Shown: positions 48,476-57,566, counted from the stretch's first letter. The stretch: 64,000 nucleotides of DNA from Candidatus Woesearchaeota archaeon (GCA_964514585.1 CAZETU010000001.1:18523-82522), one strand, 5' to 3'. Notes: generated by a model from the letters alone, not told the origin. A program made the numbers and translations.

Positions 48476-48880
48476 ATGGTAGAGCAACAAGGCCAAGGCG
48501 ACCAAATTCAATTTCTTTTATCCGACTTCAACACGAGATTGAGGGACGTAGACGAAAGAAACCGGATAATCAGAGAAAGAGTCCTACTCCTAGGAAAAAA
48601 CCTAATCTCATCCCGACAAGACCTAGAAGATGACATCAAAGAACTCAAAAGAGAAAACCAAGAAATCACGCGCGACCTAGAAAAAATAAAAAAAATCGCC
48701 AGTTCCCTATTATCAGAATCAAACAAATTCGTCAAAAGAGAAGAAATGGTTTTAGTTGAAAGAATGCTAAAAGACTTTCAGCCCTTAGAATACCTAAGAA
48801 GACAAGACATAGAAGAATTAATAGAAGAAAAAATCAAAAATTCTAAGAAAGAAATAAAAACCACGGAAACCATAGAATAA
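48476..48880 (+). CDS. Coiled-coil hypothetical protein
   Basis: Heptad-like charged sequence, divergent from the ATPase. Confidence 0.75.
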   Translation: MVEQQGQGDQIQFLLSDFNTRLRDVDERNRIIRERVLLLGKNLISSRQDLEDDIKELKRENQEITRDLEKIKKIASSLLSESNKFVKREEMVLVERMLKDFQPLEYLRRQDIEELIEEKIKNSKKEIKTTETIE

Positions 48881-48881
48881 T

Positions 48882-49622
48882 ATGGCAACACTTGACAAAA
48901 TAACAGAAATGCAAAAACAAGGCTTGCCTGATTCAGAAATCTCAACACAACTACAAAACGAAGGTGTTTCTCCTCAAGAAATTAACGATTCATTTAATCA
49001 GGCTAAAATAAAAAACGCAGTATCAGAAGACCCTACAGGACAACCCCCACAACAGCCAGAAATGCAACCTTCAATCGCACACGGCCCACAAGGAGAGGTC
49101 CCACAAGCACAAAACACACAACCAATGGCTCAAGAGGCCCCAGCAGCACCCCAGCCAGAAATGCAACCCCCAATGATGCAACCTCCAGTAATGCAAGCAC
49201 CCTCTCCAGAAGTGTACCCACCTCAAGAAGAACAACCCCAAGATTATTATCAAGAAACACCACAAGCATACTCAGGACAAGAATACTACCCACCTCAAGA
49301 AGGAATGTCCACCGAAACAATTTCAGAAATAGCCGAACAAGTCGTAATAGAAAAATTCAATGAATTCACAGAAAAAACAGGGGACATAGCTTCATTCAAA
49401 ATAACAATCCAAGATAAAGTCGTAGACATCGACGATAGATTAAAAAGAATTGAAGGAAACATCGATCGACTCCAACAAGCAATTATTGGAAAAATCGGGG
49501 AGTTTGGTGAAAGCTCAAACCTAATCCATAAAGACTTAGACAATCTCCACGGAACAGTCTCAAAGTTAGTAAACCCATTAGTAGACAACTACGAAAAGCT
49601 AAAAAAAATGGCTAAAAAATAA
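48882..49622 (+). CDS. Hypothetical protein: helical N-terminus, P/Q-rich linker, coiled-coil C-terminus
   Basis: PQQPEMQP-type low-complexity region; ETISEIAEQVVIEKF. Confidence 0.78.
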   Translation: MATLDKITEMQKQGLPDSEISTQLQNEGVSPQEINDSFNQAKIKNAVSEDPTGQPPQQPEMQPSIAHGPQGEVPQAQNTQPMAQEAPAAPQPEMQPPMMQPPVMQAPSPEVYPPQEEQPQDYYQETPQAYSGQEYYPPQEGMSTETISEIAEQVVIEKFNEFTEKTGDIASFKITIQDKVVDIDDRLKRIEGNIDRLQQAIIGKIGEFGESSNLIHKDLDNLHGTVSKLVNPLVDNYEKLKKMAKK

Positions 49623-49624
49623 TT

Positions 49625-50113
49625 CTATGCCGCTTTGCCTTTAATCGTCCAAGAAACAATTCCCGCAACAATAAGAAGCAAAATCATTCCAAACCAATCC
49701 GTATTAAACCAAGACTGAACACTTCCCCAGTTAACTGCCCAATGAAAAGTATAAGCCGAAGAGATTATAAAAAACGCAACTATCAAAGCTAAAAGAACCC
49801 ATGAAAACCAACTACTCTTACTCATAAATTCAAAGGGCTCCTTCCATGGCATAAAAGCAAAAATCGCCAACACAAAGAAAACCATAATAATCAAAGTCCC
49901 AAACCAGGCACTACTAAACTGAACAAACTCAACCAAGGATGCCTCAACAATAAAAAAACTCGCCAAAATAAACGAAATAAAAAGCATCACAGCCTCGCCA
50001 CCACCCAAAATTTCAGTCTTCTTCAAAAGTGCATAAATAATAATAAACACCAACATAAATGCAAAGATAGGCATAAAATATCCAATAACCCCAACCGATG
50101 CTTCAACTGCCAT
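49625..50113 (-). CDS. Multi-TM membrane protein, paralog 1 of 3
   Basis: PIFAFMLVFIIIYALLKKTEILG. Confidence 0.8.
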   Translation of the reverse strand: MAVEASVGVIGYFMPIFAFMLVFIIIYALLKKTEILGGGEAVMLFISFILASFFIVEASLVEFVQFSSAWFGTLIIMVFFVLAIFAFMPWKEPFEFMSKSSWFSWVLLALIVAFFIISSAYTFHWAVNWGSVQSWFNTDWFGMILLLIVAGIVSWTIKGKAA

Positions 50114-50115
50114 TT

Positions 50116-50637
50116 TTATACAGGTTTAGGAGCCTTGACTCCACCCCCACTTCCCTTAGACCCCCTAGCCATAACAATTATCAACGCAACCAAACCACCT
50201 AAAATAATCAACGCCCAAACATTCTGAGCAAACCAACCACCAAATCCAGTATAATATCCCCACTGATCCCATGCGCTAAGAGACCAAATTATAACACCAA
50301 TTCCAACAACCCATCCAATCCATTTAACAGTCCACCCAGGCTCTTCGCCCTTTTTAACAAAAAATCCAAGCGTTATCAATATAACCAAAAATATCGAAAG
50401 CCCAACTCCAAATCGAGGAAAAATTATAGCAAAAAATTCCGACACAAAATCAAACTGCAAGGCAAGAAGCCCAACCGAAACGCCAACAATACTTTTAATC
50501 GCATTATTATCACCTAAAATTCCCGACTTATCTAAAATAGCATAAACAACAGCGAATAACAACAAGAAAGGTATAACATAAGAAAACACACCCATCTCAT
50601 TCCAGATATTTAATATCTCAGTAACACTAACAGCCAT
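50116..50637 (-). CDS. Multi-TM membrane protein, paralog 2 of 3
   Basis: PFLLLFAVVYAILDKSGILG. Confidence 0.8.
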   Translation of the reverse strand: MAVSVTEILNIWNEMGVFSYVIPFLLLFAVVYAILDKSGILGDNNAIKSIVGVSVGLLALQFDFVSEFFAIIFPRFGVGLSIFLVILITLGFFVKKGEEPGWTVKWIGWVVGIGVIIWSLSAWDQWGYYTGFGGWFAQNVWALIILGGLVALIIVMARGSKGSGGGVKAPKPV

Positions 50638-50676
50638 ACCTTCTAAAGAAAAATCTCATTTATATATGTTTTGAAA

Positions 50677-51198
50677 CTACTCAGAAGAATTTCTAGAACT
50701 ATCCCTACCACTAGGACTCTTTTTACTGCCCACCATAACCAAAGCGATAACTCCAATAACCAAAGCAATCATAACAACACTCATCCAAAAATCACTCTCA
50801 CCAGCCCCCTCAAACCAACCAATCATAATATTAGACAAACCACTAACATACAAAACAACACCAACAGTAAACACCGCAGCAATCACAGCAAAAACCGGCT
50901 TCACCCACTTATGCTTCTCCCCCATCTTCGACAAATCGCCAGCAACAAATCCATACAATATAAGAAACACCAAAATCACGGCAACGCCAACAGCTAACCA
51001 GGGCATTATACCAACAATAATCTCCCTAGGCTGTGGAACCCCAATCAAAAGCAAACCAATAACAAGACCAACCATAGCATCAACCCGAGCCATACCTTCC
51101 CCTAAAATCTTAGACTTCTGCAAAATCGCAAATATAACAACAAACACAAGCAAGAACGGCAAAAGCATTTCCGTAAAAAAAGCGTTTTCAAATATCAT
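50677..51198 (-). CDS. Multi-TM membrane protein, paralog 3 of 3
   Basis: PFLLVFVVIFAILQKSKILG. Confidence 0.8.
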   Translation of the reverse strand: MIFENAFFTEMLLPFLLVFVVIFAILQKSKILGEGMARVDAMVGLVIGLLLIGVPQPREIIVGIMPWLAVGVAVILVFLILYGFVAGDLSKMGEKHKWVKPVFAVIAAVFTVGVVLYVSGLSNIMIGWFEGAGESDFWMSVVMIALVIGVIALVMVGSKKSPSGRDSSRNSSE

Positions 51199-51251
51199 AA
51201 ATTTAACAGACCAAAATCATATATAAACATTTCCAAAACCCGCGAGTCTAA

Positions 51252-51350
51252 TTTTGATTTATAGCAGACTTAGATGAGGCGAAAGGTTGCGTGGCGTACA
51301 AAGGTACGCGAGCGTTCTTTCAACGAAATATAAGGTGCTAGAAATCTAAA
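51252..51350 (+). ncRNA. Candidate structured RNA: long closing stem plus three-hairpin junction
   Basis: GATTT-A-TAGCA/TGCTA-G-AAATC, CTTA/TAAG, hairpins GCGA-AAGG-TTGC, GCGTAC-AAAG-GTACGC, CGTT-CTTTC-AACG. Confidence 0.4.
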
Positions 51351-51639
51351 TCAAATCCTCTTCTTCAAGGGGCATTTCATCTTCCTCTTGCTGAATAGGA
51401 ACAGCATTTCTGTTGATTATGATAATATCTCCAATCGCTTTAATAAACTGATGAGGCACAATAATCCCTCGAGCTCCGCCCAAAACTTGAATCATTCCAG
51501 ATTCACGAGCAACGACAATTCTCCATCCATCTATCTTATTGTCTATCAAATTAACCTCTTCAACCATACCAAACAAATCACCAGAATCAGTATACACTCG
51601 TCTCCCAACAACCTCGCTTATCCTTTTAATCTTTAACAT
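51346..51639 (-). CDS. PRC-barrel domain protein
   Basis: ISEVVGRRVYTDSGDLFGMVEEV...IIVPHQFIKAIGDIIII. Confidence 0.9.
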   Translation of the reverse strand: MLKIKRISEVVGRRVYTDSGDLFGMVEEVNLIDNKIDGWRIVVARESGMIQVLGGARGIIVPHQFIKAIGDIIIINRNAVPIQQEEDEMPLEEEDLI

Positions 51640-51743
51640 AAACCAACTAAAAACTTTTCATTTAAATACATTTCTATGATACAATGATTACTATGCACAT
51701 GCATCCCCGTTAAGTTTATAAAAAATTGCCCATTCTCTACTAC

Positions 51744-52373
51744 ATGGGCACAAAGGAACTAGAGAAAGAAGTCTTCATAATAATTCTAGCAGCCGTAATT
51801 CTCGCCCTAACCGTCTCATTCAGACAAACACAAATGTTCGTTGCAAGCATAATCAGCTTCTTAATAATAATAACCGCAAACGTTCTAGTAAAAAAATTGG
51901 TCGGATATCATTTCGAAACAAAAGTCAGAACAAAATTCTGGACATGGTACCAATTCGGATTCCGAAAAGATGCCCATTTCAAAAAGCCAGTTCCAATGGC
52001 ATGGCTCCCCCTTCTATTAACACTCTTCACAAAAGGAATTTTTTGGTGGTTAGCAATTCTCGAGTTTGACGTAGAAGCCAAAACCGAAAGAGTCTCCAGA
52101 AGACATGGGCTATACAGGTATACACAAGTAACAGAATGGCACATGGCATGGATCGCGGTCTGGGGAATCATCGTAAATATTCTTTTAGCAATCGTCGGAT
52201 ACGGAGCCGGCTTCGAACTCTTCGCAAAACTCAACATCTATTTCGCAGTCTGGTCAATCATCCCACTCTCAAGATTAGACGGAGCAAAAATATTCTTCTC
52301 AAGCCGAGGACTCTGGGCAACAATAGCAACAGTAGTAGGAATAATGTTAATTTGGGGCTTAACAGTCGTTTAA
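51744..52373 (+). CDS. M50-peptidase-like membrane protein lacking HExxH
   Basis: IAVWGIIVN and WSIIPLSRLDG resemble M50 IAxAGPxxN and NxxPxxxLDG; no HExxH. Confidence 0.65.
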   Translation: MGTKELEKEVFIIILAAVILALTVSFRQTQMFVASIISFLIIITANVLVKKLVGYHFETKVRTKFWTWYQFGFRKDAHFKKPVPMAWLPLLLTLFTKGIFWWLAILEFDVEAKTERVSRRHGLYRYTQVTEWHMAWIAVWGIIVNILLAIVGYGAGFELFAKLNIYFAVWSIIPLSRLDGAKIFFSSRGLWATIATVVGIMLIWGLTVV

Positions 52374-52630
52374 GTTAAAGCAGGCATTTTCTTAAATTTT
52401 TTCTTAAATTTATGAACAGATTTCTCACTCTTCTTTTTAGGTCGCTGAAAAAAGACCAAATAAATTATAGGCAAAAATCCAAAAGTATTCAAAACCCAAA
52501 ACAGAATAAACCAAACCAAATGACCATTACGAGCAGCCCTCCAAGAAGCAATCATCTTCCAAACTAAAGTCCACAAAAGCGCAGGAATAAGCCACATCGG
52601 TATCATCTCCATTAATGCCATATAACACAA
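52370..52630 (-). CDS. Small membrane protein (DUF5652-like)
   Basis: LWTLVWKMIASWRAARNGHLVWFI...NTFGFLPIIY. Confidence 0.75.
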   Translation of the reverse strand: MCYMALMEMIPMWLIPALLWTLVWKMIASWRAARNGHLVWFILFWVLNTFGFLPIIYLVFFQRPKKKSEKSVHKFKKKFKKMPALT

Positions 52631-52671
52631 ACCAATTCAAAACTTATAAACTTACCCCAACTAATCAAAAC

Positions 52672-54207
52672 ATGAAAGAATTAAAAATAACCCCGAGAGA
52701 ATATCAAGAAAAAATATTCGAAACCTGCAAAGAAAAAGACTGTCTTGTGGTCTTACCAACAGGAACAGGAAAAACACTAATCGCCCTAATGGCAACAATA
52801 GACAGATTCAAAAAATTCCCCCTAGAAAAAATTGTAATCCTCGCCCCGACAAAACCCCTAATCGAACAACACTTCGAAACCTTTAAAAAAAATCTCCCAG
52901 AAGGCTGGGCTGACATGCAACTCTTCACAGGGAAAACTCAAGCAGACAAAAGAAAAGAAATTTGGCAAACTGCAGAATTTATTTTTTCAACTCCTCAATG
53001 TATCGCAAACGACCTAGACAAAATGCTCTACAAACTAGATCAGGTCAGTCTCTTAATCGTAGATGAATGCCATCGATGCCTAAAAAATTACGCCTATAAT
53101 AGAGTCGCACAAAAATACAAAATGCAATCCACAAACGGAAGAGTTCTAGCATTAACCGCCTCGCCAGGAGGAGACAAAGAAACAATTCAACAAGTTTGCA
53201 AAAACCTAGGAATCGAAGCCGTAGAAATCAGAACCAGAGAAAGCCCCGACGTTAAGCCCTACCTCCAAGAACTAGAATTCGAAAAAATAGAAGTAGACTT
53301 CCCTCCAGAATTCCTTGAAATCAAACTCCTACTAGAAGAGATATACAACAAAAAAATATCAGAACTAAAACATCGACGAGTCCTCTTCGGATACGCAAGT
53401 AAAACAATGCTTTTGAAAACTCAATCTAGACTAATGACAAAGAAAGGCAAAAAAGATATGAACGACTTCCTCGCAATATCCGCCTGCGCAACCGCACTAA
53501 AAATCTCACACGCCCTAACACTTCTCGAAACCCAAACAATGTCATCATTCATCGCATACCTAAAAGATTTATTCAAACAAGCAGCTGAACAAAAATCAAA
53601 AGGAGTACAAAAACTAGTAAAAAACCCCGCCTTCGCAAAAGCATACACCCTGGCAACAACCCTAAACAAAGAACACCCAAAAGTCGAACTCCTAAAAGAA
53701 ATAGTCAAAGAACAATTTCAAATAGACCCTAACTCAAGAATAATTGTCTTCGCACAATTTAGAGAAACCGTTAGAAAAATTTCTGAAACTCTAAATCAAA
53801 TCCCAGGAATCCATGCAGATAATTTCGTAGGCCAAGCAATCAAGGATCATGGAAAAGGAAAAATAACAGGACTTAAACAAAAAGAACAAAAAGAAATGAT
53901 TGAAAAATTCAAACTCGGAGAAATAAACATCCTCGTCGCAACATCCATAGCCGAAGAAGGACTAGACATCCCAGAAGTAAATGAAGTAATTTTCTACGAA
54001 CCAATCCCCTCAGCAATCCGCTCAATCCAAAGAAGAGGACGAACCGCAAGACTTTCCAAAGGAGCACTAAAAATTCTAGTAACAAAAAAAACACTCGATG
54101 AAATTTTCCACTACGCCGCACATCATAAAGAAAAAAGGATGCACACCGCAATCGAGCAAATCAAAAAAGACTTCGAATCAAAAGAAACCCAAAGTGAATT
54201 ACTTTAA
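52672..54207 (+). CDS. Hef/FANCM-like SF2 helicase (helicase half)
   Basis: PREYQ, LPTGTGKT, VDECHR, LTASPG, ATSIAEEGLDIPEV, IQRRGRTAR. Confidence 0.93.
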   Translation: MKELKITPREYQEKIFETCKEKDCLVVLPTGTGKTLIALMATIDRFKKFPLEKIVILAPTKPLIEQHFETFKKNLPEGWADMQLFTGKTQADKRKEIWQTAEFIFSTPQCIANDLDKMLYKLDQVSLLIVDECHRCLKNYAYNRVAQKYKMQSTNGRVLALTASPGGDKETIQQVCKNLGIEAVEIRTRESPDVKPYLQELEFEKIEVDFPPEFLEIKLLLEEIYNKKISELKHRRVLFGYASKTMLLKTQSRLMTKKGKKDMNDFLAISACATALKISHALTLLETQTMSSFIAYLKDLFKQAAEQKSKGVQKLVKNPAFAKAYTLATTLNKEHPKVELLKEIVKEQFQIDPNSRIIVFAQFRETVRKISETLNQIPGIHADNFVGQAIKDHGKGKITGLKQKEQKEMIEKFKLGEINILVATSIAEEGLDIPEVNEVIFYEPIPSAIRSIQRRGRTARLSKGALKILVTKKTLDEIFHYAAHHKEKRMHTAIEQIKKDFESKETQSELL

Positions 54208-54231
54208 ATAAATACGTTCCTAAATAAAAAA

Positions 54232-54948
54232 ATGAAAACCGTCCACAACATTTTCTCAAATACCAAAACAGAAAAAGAACAACCTTGCCCAAACCCAAAA
54301 ACCCCAATCATCGTAGACACCAGAGAAAAGCAATCCCTAATCTCAGCAAACCTACTTGAGAAAAAGGCAAACATCGAATTCGAAAAATTAGACATCGGCG
54401 ACTATCTAATCCACGACATAATAATCGAACGAAAAACTTTCTCTGACTTCGTCAGCTCGATATTAAACAAGCGACTTTTCGAACAATTAACCAACATAAA
54501 AAAATATCCAAAACAATTTCTAATAATAGAAGGCTTCGACTACGAATACAATAAATTCAATGTTCATGAAAACGCAATTCGCGGGATGATGCTATCAATC
54601 GCAATAGATTTTCAAGTCCCAGTAATTTTCACAAAAAACGAAACTGATACCGCAAATTTCCTAATCCTAACCGCAAAAAGATATGAAAAACCACGACCCA
54701 TCGACTCGATAAGACAAACAAAAACCTGTAAAACCCCAGAAGAACAAAAGCAATTTATTCTAGAAGGATTCGCGGGAATCGGTCCAACGATTTCTAAAAA
54801 ACTCTTAGAAGAATTCTCAACCCTTCAAAATATTTTCAACACAACTGAAAAAGAACTTAATAAAATTCTGAACAAAAAAACTACCGACGCATTTCAGCAA
54901 TTACTAACTAACCCAAATCAACCTCATAACAATCACATCGGGGCCTAA
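54232..54948 (+). CDS. ERCC4/XPF-type nuclease (Hef nuclease half) with HhH
   Basis: IIVDTRE, GDY, IERKT..DF, FAGIGP. Confidence 0.92.
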   Translation: MKTVHNIFSNTKTEKEQPCPNPKTPIIVDTREKQSLISANLLEKKANIEFEKLDIGDYLIHDIIIERKTFSDFVSSILNKRLFEQLTNIKKYPKQFLIIEGFDYEYNKFNVHENAIRGMMLSIAIDFQVPVIFTKNETDTANFLILTAKRYEKPRPIDSIRQTKTCKTPEEQKQFILEGFAGIGPTISKKLLEEFSTLQNIFNTTEKELNKILNKKTTDAFQQLLTNPNQPHNNHIGA

Positions 54949-55150
54949 CGTCAACAACCAGAGAACTTGTCTCCCGACGAATCAAATCAACAAAATCATT
55001 ATGATTACCTCCTCCTCCATAAACATAAACACAATACGGAAATGGCTTTGGCATCCCAGAAACAATCTCTTTAACAAGCCCCGAAATATCTACTCCTTCC
55101 ATTAAAATAAAGACAATCAATCTCATTTTATAAAAAATTCCGTGATACAA
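54908..55150 (-). CDS. Small hypothetical protein
   Basis: Short ORF with - strand codon bias; start uncertain. Confidence 0.45.
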   Translation of the reverse strand: MYHGIFYKMRLIVFILMEGVDISGLVKEIVSGMPKPFPYCVYVYGGGGNHNDFVDLIRRETSSLVVDVRPRCDCYEVDLG

Positions 55151-55236
55151 AATATATATTCACAACCAACAATCATATAAAGTTAGATTCACTTTATTTA
55201 CTATATTTTTCTTACCGACATAATATATCCAAAAAA

Positions 55237-56427
55237 TCAAGGTCCCAAACTAAAACTAGAAAACTCAGACATCGAAGCCAAATTTTTAATCTGATCCAAC
55301 GTCACACTCTTAATCTTATTCTCATAATTATAATACTCCTCACCATTACCAGCTGCCTCTTCCAAAACCAAATTTACAGCAGTCTCACTCGACCCTTCAC
55401 TTTCAACATATCTACTCCCAATAATCTGAATCTTAGCAGCCTCCAACTCCTCCTCACTAATCTCACCCATCTTAGAATATTCCTCCAAACAAACGCTCTT
55501 CACCTCTTCAACTTTCCCAGGATCAGTCCCAGCCCAAATAATCATATATCCATAATTTTTACCCATATCCAAATCCGACTTAATCCCATATGCAAGCCCT
55601 CTATTCTCACGAACCTCACTAAATAACTTCGAAGACATCCCCTCCCCAAGTATTGTTGAAAAAACTTCTGCCGTATATCTATCCGTATCATTCAAGCTAG
55701 GAAAATGAAACCCAAGAACAAGGTTGGATTGGGTAATCCCCTCCCTCTTTTCATCATTCTTCAATAGCTGAAAATTTAACTCTGGAATCTCAATTTTTCT
55801 CCCCTCTTTGTCAACACTCATCTCTTCGGCCATTTTAACAACATCGTCAAAATTATTATTACCAACAACACAAAGAATCGAATTCGAAGGAACGTAAACT
55901 TCGCCATGTCTTTTCATCAACTGCTCACGACTCATCCCCCGGACATTTTCCTCAGTCCCACCAATAAACATTCCAAACGGCTTCTTATATAACAACGCCT
56001 TCACGCTATCAACAGCATGTGCCCTCGGGTTATCTTTATACATTTTTATTTCCTCACAAATCACATTTCCTTCTTTCTCAACCTCATCCTCAGGGAAACT
56101 CGCATTGAAAAAAATATCAAAAACAACATCCATTGCCACATTCAAATGCTCACTTGGTAACTTCACATGATAAGCCGTAATTTCCTCATGAGTAAACGCA
56201 TTCAAATCCCCACCAAGACTCTCAATCTCCTGAGCAATCTGCTTAACCGTCCTCTTTTCGGTCCCCTTAAAACAAAGATGTTCAATAAAATGAGCTATCC
56301 CCTTTTCCGACTCATTCTCATAAATCGCTCCATACTTCGCGGCCAACATCACAGTTGTAACGGGAACATCCCTCTTCTCATGAATCACCGTCAACCCATT
56401 TGTCAAGACTTTTCTATTAAATTTCAT
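55237..56427 (-). CDS. M16-family (pitrilysin-like) zinc peptidase
   Basis: GIAHFIEHLCFKGT (HxxEH), GGDLNAFT, SSKLFSEVRENRGLAY. Confidence 0.95.
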   Translation of the reverse strand: MKFNRKVLTNGLTVIHEKRDVPVTTVMLAAKYGAIYENESEKGIAHFIEHLCFKGTEKRTVKQIAQEIESLGGDLNAFTHEEITAYHVKLPSEHLNVAMDVVFDIFFNASFPEDEVEKEGNVICEEIKMYKDNPRAHAVDSVKALLYKKPFGMFIGGTEENVRGMSREQLMKRHGEVYVPSNSILCVVGNNNFDDVVKMAEEMSVDKEGRKIEIPELNFQLLKNDEKREGITQSNLVLGFHFPSLNDTDRYTAEVFSTILGEGMSSKLFSEVRENRGLAYGIKSDLDMGKNYGYMIIWAGTDPGKVEEVKSVCLEEYSKMGEISEEELEAAKIQIIGSRYVESEGSSETAVNLVLEEAAGNGEEYYNYENKIKSVTLDQIKNLASMSEFSSFSLGP

Positions 56428-56494
56428 AAAACCCAAAAACAAAATTTATTTAAATACCTTTCTCCTTATTTTCACAACTAAAAAGAGGTATAAT

Positions 56495-56836
56495 ATGGAA
56501 TTAGATTTAATTGGAAAGTGGGCATTCATCATTGGCTTAATCGTTGCTATACTAGCAGCCTTCATAACCACAATTGACACAAATGTAATACTGTTAATCC
56601 TATTCATCTTAGGGCTGATTGTAGGCTTCATTAATGTGAATAAGAAGAACACCACTGACTTTCTAATTGCTGTAATCGCGCTTGTCGGAGTCGGAACTCT
56701 AGGCGCATTAGCTATCGAACAACTCGCAAAACCCGTTGTATACTTACAAATTATTTTGAATAATTTTACAGTATTCATAATGGCGGCGGCACTAGTTGTA
56801 TCAATAAAAACGATACTAACAACAGCAAAGAAATAA
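56495..56836 (+). CDS. Small 4-TM membrane protein
   Basis: Hydrophobic segments; GLIVGFINV....TDFLIA. Confidence 0.75.
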   Translation: MELDLIGKWAFIIGLIVAILAAFITTIDTNVILLILFILGLIVGFINVNKKNTTDFLIAVIALVGVGTLGALAIEQLAKPVVYLQIILNNFTVFIMAAALVVSIKTILTTAKK

Positions 56837-56846
56837 ACACAAAAAA

Positions 56847-57566
56847 TTATTTTTTATTTTTTAATATTATTATCCGTTCCCCTTCCCTCTTAACATCTTT
56901 TTCTATATTAAAATTCTCCTCTAAAAAATCAACAATCCACTTTCTCTGAGCCGAAAACTTCTTGCGCCCACCCAAACTTTCAGTAGGTAAACTCAAAACA
57001 ATCCACTCACACTCTTTCGAAATCTCTAAAATAAATTTCTTAGAAAAATCTCTCTCTAAATTTTCCAAAGCATCAACAACTTGAAATAAAAAAACAACTC
57101 TCGGTTTTTTCTGTTCCCTCAATAATTCAACAACTTCCTTAACATCAAATAAATCACCACAAATAGCTTTAGCACTAAAATCATTCTCCCTAAAATAATC
57201 ATTCATATGAGAAACAACCTGCCCAGCCGCTTCGACCCCAACATAGCTAACTCCCTTAGACAAATATTCATAACTAAAACCGTTAACGCCACACCCCAAA
57301 TCAATCACAGACTCAACTCTACCAACGCAAGAAAAAATCTCATCATAAAATTTCTCATAATCTCTTTTTTTAGAAGACATATGCGCCTTCAGCAAATCCC
57401 CCTTCCCCTTTAAAATCTTATTCGTCAAAAACACCCCAAAATACTTCCGGAGCAAAGCCCGGGCTTCTTTAACATCCCCTTTAGTCAATTCAGCAGCCCG
57501 CTCAACAATCGAATTCGGCAAGCCAGAAAATTCCTTCTTCTTCTTTATCTCCTCAATTACTTTCAT
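56847..57566 (-). CDS. ArmA/Rmt/Sgm (FmrO)-like class I SAM methyltransferase
   Basis: HMSSKKR, VIDLGCGVNGFS and LSLPTESLGGR line up with the family motifs HxSTxER, DxxCGxNP and SFPTxSLGGR. Confidence 0.75.
   Translation of the reverse strand: MKVIEEIKKKKEFSGLPNSIVERAAELTKGDVKEARALLRKYFGVFLTNKILKGKGDLLKAHMSSKKRDYEKFYDEIFSCVGRVESVIDLGCGVNGFSYEYLSKGVSYVGVEAAGQVVSHMNDYFRENDFSAKAICGDLFDVKEVVELLREQKKPRVVFLFQVVDALENLERDFSKKFILEISKECEWIVLSLPTESLGGRKKFSAQRKWIVDFLEENFNIEKDVKREGERIIILKNKK

Noticed and set aside
51268-51290. Hammerhead ribozyme or C/D-box sRNA (GATGA...GAAA)
   Set aside because: Lacks the CUGANGA core, and lacks both a proper RUGAUGA box C and a CUGA box D.
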